A DNA stretch of 64,000 bases, from assembly GCF_006345805.1 (NCBI RefSeq), contig NC_042997.1, positions 5,704,001 to 5,768,000 of the forward strand, in the 5' to 3' direction. The position numbers and the translations under genes are program-made. Source of the DNA: Octopus sinensis (lineage: Eukaryota). Shown here in pieces: positions 1 to 11,928 of this stretch (positions are counted from its first letter, which is position 1; every line of letters begins with the position of its first letter). The notes under the pieces are model-generated. The model saw only the letters and a list, made by a program, of their open reading frames with translations, did no database searches and was not told where the DNA came from.

Positions 1-440
1 GCGGACAATGAGGTTGGAGACTGTGAGAGGAAGACGGTAGGAAGAGATGAGGTCATGGATGGTGGAGGACACAGTCTGTTGTGTAATAGGCGTTGGGTTG
101 GAAGGCAAAGGGCAATAGAAGTAGGTGTCTTGAAGTCGGCGAAGAGCTTCGGCTTTGTAGAGGTATGCGTACCACACCACCAAGGCTCCACCGATGTCGG
201 CCGGATTAATGATAAAGCATCTGCGGTGTCGGAGAAATCGAAGTGCCGAGAGTTCGGTTGGGTAGTTGTTCAGATGTCAGGAACGCCTGCGAAAATTAAA
301 CTGGTCCACAATATATTCACAGATGCCTGCAAAATGATCAACGGCTAGGAACTGGCCAGTAGCTAGCGTCCAATGGGATGGTCGGCGGTCCAAATCGGTG
401 AAGCATTTCTTTTCGTTTGATGTAGATGGAGTGTTGTGGA
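1..440 (-). mobile_element. Penelope-like element, RT N-terminal remnant (runs off window start)
   Basis: Minus frame reads ...FNFRRRS*HLNNYPTELSALRFLRHRRCFIINPADIGGALVVWYAYLYKAEALRRLQDTYFYCPLPSNPT...TIHDLISS...VSNLIV, matching the PLE motif ELSALRSL...IKPADKGGAVVVW...Y..L..DPT; one in-frame stop. Confidence 0.85.
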
Positions 441-444
441 TATA

Positions 445-446
<2 letters not shown>

Positions 447-494
<48 letters not shown>

Positions 495-552
495 GGGTTT
501 GTGTATATATACATACATACATACATACACACACACACATATATATATATAC
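447..552. repeat. (TG)n/(TACA)n/(TA)n compound microsatellite
   Basis: Direct inspection. Confidence 0.95.
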
Positions 553-1489
553 ATTGATGAATCATGTCTTCAATCTATGCTCGTGGAGTAGTTGCGATTT
601 TATCTAACGTATATGCAACCTTACATATACAAAATATATGTAATGATATTCCTATGACCTTGCACAGGAAACATTTTCCTACGGAGAGCTAATCAGTGTT
701 TTATTATATTGCGAAAATGTAAGTTGTGATTAAACAATTCTTACTCTATAACGACTACAACTCGAAGACTACAAGTATGTATGTTTGGAACAGAGATAAA
801 TGCAAAGCAATAAATGAAAACCATTGAAAAATAAAACTCATTATCTTTTATGCTCCAAGATATTTATGTTTTACAGAGAATATAACAAAATTACTATAGA
901 CTTCTTAAATATTTATGAGCACGTCATAGTGATTGGTTAATTTTATCTACTTTTAGCATAAAGTTAATGATGATTGCTTTTCTTTTGTATGCACGTTTAT
1001 AACGTGTTTGAGCGAGCGATGTGTGTATGTATTTGAATGAGTGTGTGTGTGTGTGTGTGTGTGTGCGCGTTTAACGCAGTAATAATTAGGGAAATTACTT
1101 TGAAGCAATTGATCAATATTCCTCGATTGATACAGACGGTACTGAAATGCATGCAAGAATATGGATATACCCCAGTGTTTCCATGAAGAAGTACGAGGGC
1201 GAGGAAGTCTATGTAAAAATAAATCTTAGTTGTTTAAAGAAATATAGATCAGAATAATGTAAACCCTGCTGATATAGTGTCATTGAGAAAATAGTACACG
1301 CACCAACATTATATATGAATATTTAGCGGTCTAGAATTACGTACTATAATTCCTTAATCATATTTAAAGCGATCGCTTATTTCAATTGTTCATCCTTGGC
1401 CTATTTGCGCACACAATATTTCTGATGACAAAATCAAGTCTACGTTATGTGGCTTATGGAATAACCTTTTACAGCTCAACAGTATCATT

Positions 1490-2182
1490 GAATGTGCAAA
1501 ATCCCACAAACAACTACATACACCACAAGAAATATTCTTAAATACATCTTGGTTCACAATCACCTATCAACCTCACCCTTTTTCTGCCTCTCTGTTTACA
1601 GTGCCAAACTAACAGCGGAGCTTGAAGCAATACAACGCAACTACTCTAAAAAGTATGAAAGAGTGCAATGGAAGAGCTACTTAATTAGGCTGAGAAAACT
1701 GCAACTTTACTCCCTGTACTTAAGGCACAAGATATACGAAATACAATCTACAAATGGAAAACTCAAGAAGGGCTAGTGCCTAATTTCGGCATTGAGTTTT
1801 ATACAAATGCAAGAAATAGTCGCCATTGTATTGTACCAAAGGTACCATCCAATGTATCTAAATTCAGGACGAGGTACTGCAATACTATAGGGTTCAAAAT
1901 CCCACAGATATCCAATGTCCTATCACAAAAATTAAGAAATCTGCATAAAGTGTAAGTAGATGCCTTCAAAAAGGAAAAAAGACATCCTCCTATCCACAAT
2001 ACCGGATGAGCCAACAGCCCTACTTGAGTTACAGACGAGGGCAGCGGATACAAACATCCTTATATACCAAATAGGCCAACAGCTGGGATAAAGGCACATA
2101 CAGGAGTATGAGGAAATCAGTAAGACTACGGTGGTGCTCCAGCATCAGTTTAGCCCCTTTACTAAAACAAGTAAAGGAGTGA
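1490..2182 (+). mobile_element. CR1/L2-like LINE 3' fragment (ORF2 C-terminus plus 3' tail)
   Basis: ELEAIQRNY...RLRKLQLYSL...LVPNFGIEFYTNARNSRHCIVPKVPS...RYCNTIGFK...IPDEPT, with frameshifts and stops; ends GGTGGTGCTCCAGCAT...ACTAAAACAAGTAAAGGAGT. Confidence 0.8.
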
Positions 2183-2278
2183 TATATATATATAACGGTA
2201 AAGTTTACGAAATTAAAAAAAAGACGAAGGCAGGTGGAGTACAAACAAACAAATGTATTAGTATAGAAATAGAAAAAG

Positions 2279-2316
2279 TCTTTTACGTTTCGAGCCTACG
2301 CTCTTCGACAGAAAGA
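2279..2316 (-). ncRNA. Minimal type I hammerhead ribozyme motif in a PLE terminal-repeat remnant (core A6 mutated)
   Basis: Minus strand TCTTT-CTGTCGA-A-GAGC-GTAG-GCTC-GAAAC-GTA-AAAGA: perfect stem I and stem II; core CUGANGA reads CUGUCGA. Confidence 0.7.
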
Positions 2317-2851
2317 TACACAGAAAAAAACAAGGGAGAAACAAGGAGAGAAAAAATGCGTGTAGGAGCTAACGATCTATCATGGCGTTTGCTTTGCTTC
2401 TGGGTTAGTCTCTCATGGTTCCAGTGGTTTAAGGGACTTAGAGTTCAAATTATTGTGTGCGTGTGTCTATGTACACGTTTCTATGTGTGTGTGTTTACAT
2501 ATATATATGCTTGTGCTTTTGATTGTGTTATTCGATGAATAAATTTTCTTTATTTAAACGTTCTTGTACTGAAATTGTTTCTTTACGCTGCTACATAGGG
2601 AAAACTGTAAAGTTTGGTTGGAAATTACCTTCACATCTATTTATGTATTCACTCAGAGGGATCTGTCTGTACTGTGAGAAACGGATCTGTTCCTTATTTA
2701 TTGTAGTTCTCTCCCGATTGACTCTCCCGTCGAGAACGACATAATGGAGTTCAGCTCTTTGGCGAACGGTCTACAGAAATTATTTGCTTATTGTGATCAA
2801 CTGTATGTGCTGTTCATTAGCCTACTCTACTATCAAATAAACGTCGTCTGA

Positions 2852-3030
2852 TCAGTTACTAGACTACAGCCATGCTGGGGCTCTGCGTTGAGGAAATTTT
2901 AGTCGAATAAATCGACCTCAGGACTTATTTTTGAATCCATGTACTTATTCTATGGATGTGTTTTGCTGAACTGCTAAGTTTCGGGGATTACGGAGATGTA
3001 AAGACAATACCACACAAAGCGTTGTGGAGA
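2852..3030 (-). mobile_element. Composite SINE, degenerate 3' half
   Basis: Similar to the 3' half of the copy at 11738-12153 (GCCATGCTGG, GTCGAATAAATCGAC, GTACTTATTCTAT). Confidence 0.7.
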
Positions 3031-5548
3031 GAGATAAAAAAACAAAGAGAGAGAGAATGTAAAAGCTTCCCAAGTATATTAAATAATAATAACCACATAT
3101 ACTTAAAGTATGTTTTTTTTTCTCCGGTAACCGCAATAGCGTGGTGGAATATATATAAAGTCTTAAATCTCTGGGCGTTAAAATAGCTTAGAGCCATGGA
3201 GAGGTGACGTAACTCACAATTAAACCCATCTGGTTGTGATAGACACCGATGCTTTGCCATTTTTGTAGCTAGGGTTGAAGGCAAGTCACCTAGCCATTCC
3301 ACAACATTTATGCTCACGGCTTGTAAAACCATATACGGCATGCACAGAGATTGCAAACGTAAGAGAAAATCTGCGTATAATGTAAAAGCAACTCTACATC
3401 GGTTTACATCGCTCGCAAGTGGGAGTGAGGATGAGGTACCTCACTTGTCTATGACTTCGAGGTTCTTTTAACGCCCGGCGCATTGAGAGTGTATACATTT
3501 CCCTACGCCATTGCAGTCTCCGAGAAAGACACCAAGCATATACTTTAAGTATATGTTGTTAATTGTATTCATTATACTATAGCTGCTTTTACTTCACATA
3601 TATTTATTTATTAGTATCTCTGTATACATATGACCTATATGCTTTTCCATATTTCTTCTTGTTACCACTCCATATTATAAGTGTTCCTTAAATAGTATTC
3701 CTATGGTGAGATTCATGGGTTAGTTTTTATACGTGCTGGTAACTGAGGATAAAACGCTTTAGATTTTCTTTACTGTTTATATACAGATAAATAAAGTCAA
3801 TAACTTTTATGTGAAGACGATAAGTATATATACATCACTATTGAAATATTTCTCTGTAACCCAGAAATATTTAAAAGAAAAGTCATAATCAGCCATTGAA
3901 TCTTTGATCGAGTGCTCACTTTATATTTTCAACAAATTATTCGAAAGATGATACCTGGTCGAAAGGAAATAGACCAGGGACCTCTACGTATAAATGAGAT
4001 GCAACATAGTTAAATAGATTTCTCTAAAAGATTAATGACATGTCTCGTGAAAACACATTGTTGTGACAACATATCTTATTATTGATTTTCATCAACACCA
4101 CCGCCATGATAATCATCATCAACAGCAATAACAGAGACAGCAACACAAGAAACACTGCAGCCTTCTATCTCTCTGCTCCTGATCACTTGCTTAACCTTAT
4201 TCGCTTCCCCAAAGTCATCAGAAAATATAGTAGTTTCATTCTATATATACTAAATTATATAACAGATCTCCATCAATGTACCAGATGAATGTCACAAATA
4301 CGATATCTTATTTATCGCCAGACATAAATATTTTATAGCCCACTAGTCGATAGATCATTGCATTTATTCTTTTGATATAAAAAGGCTTTCTTCATTCATT
4401 TTTGAAAAATATTTTTTACTCCGTAATAGAGAAATTGTCATTTTCAATAAAGGATATTTAAAAAAGATATATTACAGATGTAATATTTCAAATTTGATAA
4501 CATATTCATCAATCTATAAACAAGTTATGGCTTGATATTTGATAGTTATTTATCAAAAGCTTTCTGTCTATGTTCTCAATGTATTTGTGTGTGAGCACAT
4601 ACATACACATATGCAGATGCAGACATGTGCACATACACGCATCACATACATGCAAATATATATATATATATATGTGTGTGTGCGTGTGTGTGTTTGAATA
4701 AAAATTCCCTAATAAGATATTAACTTATGCACATAAGGCAATATTGATATATATATATATACACAAATATATATATATATATATATGAACACACACATGC
4801 ACACACGCAGACATATACTTAGGTGTATACATATTCCCACAAGGACACATGCACAATCTTACAAACACACACACACACACACACGCACACACATACACAT
4901 ACACACATACTCACACACATATCCAGTGTAACTATAGAAATTGCACGGTTTTTGGAAACCTATAAGATTGTTGAAAGGCTATAACGAACCAAGAAATACA
5001 AAATTTGCTTTGAAATTGTCTTTTTTAATATTTCTCAAGTATTTAACGCTTGAGATAGTGTAAAGTGCACATATATGTTCTTTTAGTGGCGAGCAAAGAC
5101 ATCAACATAAGTAGTTCTGAAATTACCAGGTCATTAAGAGAGTAAGAACGAAAATATATATTCTTTGTTATGAGCTTTATATCTATTGCATCTTGAAAGG
5201 TGATGCCTGTTATTTTTACCTCTTTCCCAACAGCTAAAATCTCATAGAAAGAGCAACATATATGAATTATTATATTTTACCCTCTCCTTTGTGTGTGTAG
5301 CATAAACATTTTTGAAAAATATATTGAAATTATTATTTCTGTTCGGGGGAGAATATATTTACCAATTTAAAGACATTTGACTATGGAGCAGAATCGAAGA
5401 CATAATCTATATTATACAGCTACGTTACGTCGCCATTGGTAATGGCTGAGAGAACAGTAATACACTGCAAATTAAAGGAGCTTTGGTTTGACTTTAACCC
5501 AGAATGTTAGCTGCATCACTGATTTACGATTTCTAGTAAACACATATA

Positions 5549-5771
5549 CTCTTTTACTCTTTTACTTGTTTCAGTCACTTGACAGTGGCCATGCTGGAGC
5601 ACCGCCTTTTAGTCGAGCAAATCGACCCCAGGACTTATTCTTTGTAAGCCTAGTACTTATTCTATCGGTCTCTTTTGCGGAACCGCTAAGTCAGTGGGAC
5701 GTAAACACACCAGCATCGCTTCTCAAGTGATGTCGGGTGGGGGAGACAAACACAGACACAGAAACACACAC

Positions 5772-5844
<73 letters not shown>

Positions 5845-6041
5845 CATATATATATATATATAATATATATATATATATATACACTTATACGATGGGCTTC
5901 TTTCTACCAAATCCATTCACAAGTCTTTGGTCAGCCCGAGGCTATAGTAGAAGACACTTGCCCAAGGTGCCACGCAGCGAGACTGAACCCGGAACCATGT
6001 CGTTCGTAAGCAAGCTACTTACCACACAGCCATTCCTACAT
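5549..6041 (-). mobile_element. Full-length composite tRNA/CORE-like SINE with internal (TA)n
   Basis: tRNA-like head with A box and B box (GGTTCAGTC), CORE-like GGCACCTTGGGCAAGTGTCTT, internal (TA)n ~5772-5880, tail ...GACTGAAACAAGTAAAAGAGTAAAAGAG. Confidence 0.9.
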
Positions 6042-6506
6042 CAATAATTTATTTCTCAGTGTATTAGAAATGTGTATAAAGAAATGTGTGTATAATAGAT
6101 GGGTCTTAGATTTCGTTACATACTAATTATGTAGCAGAACAATATGTATTATTTTACTGAGCTGAGGGACTCTGTAGCTTGAAGCATTCAAACTATCGTG
6201 ATATGTATCTATGTACCTTTGCAGTATGTATTCATATCCTATCCTTGCAGCAACTCTAACGTTCTTCCTTCCGGATTCGCTAGAATAAGTACCATCTAAA
6301 TACTTCACTGATTAAATCGATTAAATGTTGCTTTGAGACAGTTTTAGAAATAATTGGTCATACTATTCAAGTCATTGTTATAGTCATTATTTATATTATT
6401 TTTCAAGAGTTTTCTCCAGCGTCAGTTTGGGTTTTGCGTTTTATCTCGATAACTGAAAGTATCAGCTTTGAAGCACAGCTCACTCAATTGACTTTTACTT
6501 CTTCCT

Positions 6507-6543
<37 letters not shown>

Positions 6544-6550
6544 ATATATA

Positions 6551-6594
<44 letters not shown>

Positions 6595-7555
6595 ATGTTC
6601 CTGTGAAATCGATATTAGATATGTGTAAGTCTCTAGCACCATTAATAATTATATTATTGTAGTTTCCATGTATCTGTTTCTAACGTTATTGTACATAATT
6701 TTTTTTTGCTTGTATCGTTTAATAAAACAATCGCTTTTGTTTTGTATTGTTATAGATATATATTTGATAAGCGTGTTAGATTTGTTGGCATCAATAGGTT
6801 TAGGATTAATATTTTGGACTGCTCCGATAGTTAGCTGTTTGTTCTGTGATAGGTTTTCATTATTATGTGTTGCATGTTCGGCTTGTGTTTTTGATCGAGC
6901 TGACATATAATTATAGTCACACAACCTTCATCACCCCACCTAGTTTTCACGTATAATTGGCTGGACTTTTCTTGTTGAATGATGTTCGGGAGCGCTTTGT
7001 GGAAAATCTGGTTGCTATTTCTAGCAATCACAAAGTAATTATTTCGTTAGTTATATAATTTCAGGAGCACATATTATAAAACTTGTACATTTTAAACTTT
7101 CTAACGTCAGGAATTCTTTGGCTTTGAACAGCTGAGGTAAGTATATATTTTAGTCTAGAAAACTAGATATATTGTGCGTTCTATAATAAGGTAGGTCTTC
7201 GATAGAGAGCAGCTGTCATTGAGGCAGTTAGTTTTCAAATATTGATTTGATTTTATGTGCAAGCCATCTGTCCGGTGGTTAAATTAACAGACCGCCCATA
7301 GGGAATGCGTATAATCACACCGTTCGTCTGCTAACAGTGTCCTATCACTTATGAATTATTCATGCAATACCGCTCAAGCAAATACGCACAAAAGCAGGAA
7401 GTACTGAGAGACAAGAGATCTCTGTTAACGTGGGCGGATGACGTCATCGTAAGAATGTTGGATACCGAGGAAGTCGCCATAATCAGTAGGATTGTGAATG
7501 GATACAAGGCTGTTGTAATAGCAAGAATTAAGAAGGACAATCAGATTGCAAGTGT

Positions 7556-7828
7556 GAAGTATTCAAATACTAAAGATTCACTCTCAACACAGGGCTGTGA
7601 CGCTTCCCTGCTATTCCTGCTCGTGATCAGTGATGTACATATAGTCAGTTACTGAGGGACATGCTCAGCTGCAATTGGTCAAGCGACTGTCAGTCAATCT
7701 GCAGTGTTGAGTAGAATATTTGTTGTAGTCCATCTTTTACATCAAGACAAATCATGTACATGTTAACACTTCCAATCAGTTAAGATCAGAAGTCATGAGA
7801 GTCACTGCCTAATACTGCATCAAAGTAT
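7556..7828 (-). mobile_element. Element A (non-coding, TAA-associated), 5' half
   Basis: Colinear with 14740-15091, including the same terminus. Confidence 0.85.
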
Positions 7829-7829
7829 C

Positions 7830-7945
7830 TATCCTCCTCTTCCTCCTCCCCCTCCTCCTCCTTCTCATCATCATCCTGATCATCATTATCATCATTATCA
7901 TCATCATCAGCAGCAGCAGCAACAACAGCAGCATCGGTTGTAGTG

Positions 7946-7987
<42 letters not shown>

Positions 7988-8020
7988 TAGTAGTAGTAGT
8001 AGTAGTAGTTGTAGTAAGTA
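7830..8020. repeat. (CCT)n/(CAT)n/(CAG)n/(TAG)n compound microsatellite
   Basis: Direct inspection. Confidence 0.95.
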
Positions 8021-8226
8021 GCCAGCTGGCAGAATAGTTAGCATAAGGGCGAAATGCTTAGCGGCATTTCTTTCGTCGTTACGTTCTGTGTTCAAGTTCC
8101 GCCGAGGCCGTCTTTGCTTTTCATACTTTCGGATCGATGAGTTAATTACCAGTGAAACACCGGGGTCGATGTAATCGATATGTCCCCTTCCGCAAAATTT
8201 CAGGCCTATGCCTGTAGTAAAAATGA
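8020..8226 (+). mobile_element. tRNA-derived SINE family B
   Basis: A box TGGCAGAATAGTTAG, B box GTTCAAGTTCC, body GCTTTTCATACTTTCG...GGGGTCGATGTAATCGAT shared with other copies. Confidence 0.8.
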
Positions 8227-8229
8227 TTC

Positions 8230-9060
8230 TTATTATTATTCATATACATACAAGCAATTAGATCCCTGGCTACAACAAGTTGCCTTAGATGTTAAGAACT
8301 CTCCTAATTATTCTAGCTATCTCCAATAACACTGTTTTCTGCAGCTGTACTAAACAGGGTTTTATGCCCATTTTCTCTATCTATCTCTAGGGAAAGTTCG
8401 CAGTGCATCTATAACTCCTGGGATACATTTTAATTGCACTTTCCTTACTCTCTGTAATTCGATGGCTAGGTCCAGATGCTTTGCTATATTTTCTATAATT
8501 CTCACATTGATTTTTTCCTCATTTGCTACTGTAAATTAACTGGCACTTTCTATACTATTTACTACTGCTAAATCAGTCCTTCCAGATTCTATCACTGTCA
8601 GTCTGAATGTTAAAGTCCAACAACATCTTATATTGATTACTTTCTAGTAATTTGTTAGGTTCATGTTCATATCATTTACCAGTGTGGTCAAATCCTAGCA
8701 TTCTACATAAATTCCAGTGGATTACTTTCTCTAGTTTGTCATGTCGTTTCGTGTATTCTTTCTGTGCCGGTGTCCTACATTCACTTACTATTTGAATAAC
8801 AGTTGCCTGTTTTGATTTATTTACTGCAAGCGTAACCATGTCTCAGTACTACTATTTGCTGCAACAATCCAGATAACTTTCTTTATTTTTTTCTGGTTTT
8901 TAACTTCGTTTGCAATTTTTTCCCTATACCTTGTCGTGACTCTAGCAACAATTAAAATTTCTTCACTATTACCTACATAAGAGTCTATATCTGCTGTAGC
9001 TAAGTCCACGCAGTCTTCTACTGATGTAACCTTCTTCCACCTTCCTTTCTTGGTAAGTAT
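8230..9060 (-). mobile_element. R4/Dong-clade LINE 3' fragment (subfamily beta)
   Basis: Minus frames: IVSECRTPAQKEYTKRHDKLEKVIHWNLC...YEHEP...LLDFNIQTD...QLQKTVLLEIARIIRRVLNI*, the CCHC/RLE C-terminus of R4/Dong; short (AAT)n tail near 8230-8240. Confidence 0.85.
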
Positions 9061-9094
9061 AATCTTAGCGTCATAGTCTCCTTTTTAAATTTCT

Positions 9095-9436
9095 AAGTCG
9101 AAATTCCGCCGTGGTCGACTTTATCTTTCATACTTTTAGGGTCGATAAAAGAAGTACCAGTGGAACGCTGGGGTCTACGTTGTCAGCTTACGCCTCCACC
9201 CCCTCGAAAATCCTGACTTTATGCCAGACTTTGAAAAGAAGAAGGCGGGCTGACAGAAACGTAAGCACGCCTGGCAAAGAGTTCTCAGCGGAATTTCGTT
9301 CGTCTATACGATCTGATTTAAAATTCTGCCGAGATTGACTTTGCCTTTCATCCTTTCGAGTCTGAACCCTGGGGTCGATGTAATCGATATGCTCCTCCCC
9401 TTAACGTGCCAATTTTGAACCAGACATTGAAACCAC
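9095..9436 (+). mobile_element. Two tandem family-B SINE copies (9095-9240 truncated, 9243-9436)
   Basis: Shared motifs GACTTTGCCTTTCATCCTTTCG and CTGGGGTCGATGTAATCGA. Confidence 0.75.
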
Positions 9437-9466
9437 CACCACCACCAACATTACAACCAGCACCAC

Positions 9467-9511
9467 TACGACTATTGCTGCTGCTACTACCACTACTACT
9501 ACTAACTACCT

Positions 9512-9544
<33 letters not shown>

Positions 9545-9573
9545 TTACGACTACTACTACTACTACTATTACG

Positions 9574-9634
<61 letters not shown>

Positions 9635-9667
9635 ATACTACTACTATTGCAGCTGCTACTGCTACTG
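9467..9667. repeat. (ACT)n microsatellite
   Basis: Direct inspection. Confidence 0.95.
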
Positions 9668-10427
9668 CTTCTGTTGGTGGATCCTCTTGGAGCATTTAAT
9701 GATAAATATAACGACTTCGTCCTCCTCCTCATCAAACCCAATTGTGGAACAGTAGTGAAAGGAATAATCCCATTTAATACGAACATTTGCATGTCTTTGA
9801 GTGAATATATGAATTCACTGAAATAACAATGATTCTGGCAATAAAGATAATTAAGAGAGCCACAATAAGATGCAGAAGGGATATCAAGGAAGACAAAGGG
9901 GATTGCAAGTAATGTCAAGAAAAGCACAAGGGAGTGAAATTTATGATTTCAGAAAGTATAACTCATTGTGCAAGAAATCGGAAATATCCAAAACCAACTT
10001 CAATACAATAGAAGAAACAAGTAGCGCAAAGACAATATAATTATAATAATTATACCGATGCTAGTGATGGTGATGATGAAAATAACAACAACAACAACAA
10101 CAACAATAATAACAACACAACAACGTTGACGACGACGACTACGGCTGCTTCGATGATGATGATGCTAATGATGACGTCAATGATGATAATATTAATTGCT
10201 ACTAATTTAGGACCAACTGAAACAGTCTTAAGGGAAGGGGACTCGTAGATACGAAAGAGGCAAGTACTTGGACCGTGCACAATTCTATCGATCTCGGATA
10301 AATAAAAGCCAAAGGGGCCTTCGGCTGGATTTGAATTTCCAAAACTCAGCGGTATAGAATTGAAACAAACAGAGAAAAAAATTGTTTTCGGTATTCAATC
10401 GATTCTATAATCAAATGCCTGTAAGGT

Positions 10428-10556
10428 AAAACATTGCTTCACAACTACACAGTTCTGGGTTCAGTCAAACTGTGTACCACCTTGGGCAGGTGTCTTTTAC
10501 TATAGCTCCAGTGGACAAGGCCGCATTACCTGTGGATTTGATAGGCAGAAACTGCA
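10428..10556 (+). mobile_element. Composite SINE, head fragment
   Basis: GGGTTCAGTC...CACCTTGGGCAGGTGTCTT similar to 11780-11830. Confidence 0.65.
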
Positions 10557-10562
10557 TTTAAG

Positions 10563-11143
10563 CTTGAAACTGATCCCATCTCACTCCTCTGGAACTTCGC
10601 CATTCTAACTGTCTGAAAGATAGATGGAAATAGTCCAGACATCATATTGAAAGACTCCAGACAAAAATCCTGCCTCCTCATTGATATTACTGTTCCAATC
10701 GATATAAACGCATCTGTCAAGATCTACCAAAAACTGAGCATGTATAAATATCTTGAAACAGAAATTGGCAAAATGTTGAACCTGAAGACTAAAACAATAC
10801 CTGTTGTCATAGGTGCACTAGGAATGATAGCAAAAGGGGCTGATCGCTACCTAGCTCAGATACAAGGAAACCCCAAAATGGCAAAAATTCAAAAGATAGT
10901 GCTCAGAGGAAATGACCATATCATACGCAATATACTTTCTATGTATTCTCAAATTTTAATACAAACATAATTTTCTTATGTTTTCTTAAACATTCTCTAG
11001 AACAACATTATATACAGAAGCAAATATGTGGCACTCTAGGTATAACTCCATCAACTTCTAACTTGTTGTCTGTTGGGGTCTCTGGATGAGACTTGGAGCC
11101 ATCTTGTACAAATGTAAAGCAAAAGTCAATCAAAATAATAATA

Positions 11144-11192
<49 letters not shown>
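10563..11192 (+). mobile_element. R4/Dong-clade LINE 3' fragment (subfamily alpha) with (TAA)n tail
   Basis: LLWNF...PDIILKDSRQKSCLLIDITVP.D.N...QKLSMYKYLETEIGKM...KTIPVVIGALG...QKIVLRG..HIIRNILSM*, the RLE PD-(D/E)xK region; (TAA)n at 11135-11192. Confidence 0.9.
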
Positions 11193-11194
11193 TG

Positions 11195-11420
11195 CTTTTT
11201 AGTTGCTTGACCGTAACTTATTGAGCGTGTCACTTAGTGGCTGACAATATGTGAATCACTGGTCACAAGTAGAAGTTATTTGGGAAGGGTGGGGTTATAT
11301 CCATGTGTTGAGAGGAATTCATTCGGGTTTGAATAATTTACCTCTGAAAACAAAGGTGTTTCGTTGATGAATCTTAAACAAACTTTATTCAATGATGTTC
11401 TGAGCGGTTTGGGCGAAATT
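11195..11420 (+). mobile_element. Element A, diverged middle fragment
   Basis: Colinear with the reverse complement of ~14650-14870 (CTTAGTGGCTGAC, CCATGTGTTGAGAGG, TTTGAATAATTTACCTCTG). Confidence 0.75.
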
Positions 11421-11737
11421 TGAGAAATTTGAGAAACATAATGGTCTTTCCAAGAGATTAAATGGCTATAGGAGACAAAGTTGACACTTATTCTCGTGGT
11501 AAATTTTCAATTTGGCACTACAAACAAACTGCTTTCTAAGAAACTGAATAGGATAATAATTCAGGTACGCATTGTCGAGCTACAGAAAAGTGCTACCCAG
11601 CACTTTTAGAAGGATCCTAAAGAATGTTCTTTTGATTTGCGGGAATATGCTTTTGTCAAACCTGAAATTGACATCTCTGCTCATTAAATGTACATATAAT
11701 AGCATTTCCGTGATATGGTAATAAAATTAATACTATA

Positions 11738-11894
11738 GGCGCTGGAGTGGATGTGTGGTAAGTAGCTTGCTAACCAACCACATGGTTCCGGGTTCAGTCC
11801 CACTGCGTGGCATCTTGGGCAAGTGTCTTCTGCTCCGGGCCGACCAATGCCTTGTGAGTAGATTTGGTAGACGGAAACTGAAAGAAGCCTGTCG

Positions 11895-11928
<34 letters not shown>

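Noticed and set aside
7065-7136. Plus-strand exon with perfect GAG|GTAAGT donor
   Set aside because: Stops in all frames, no partner exon found, and such sites occur by chance in 64 kb
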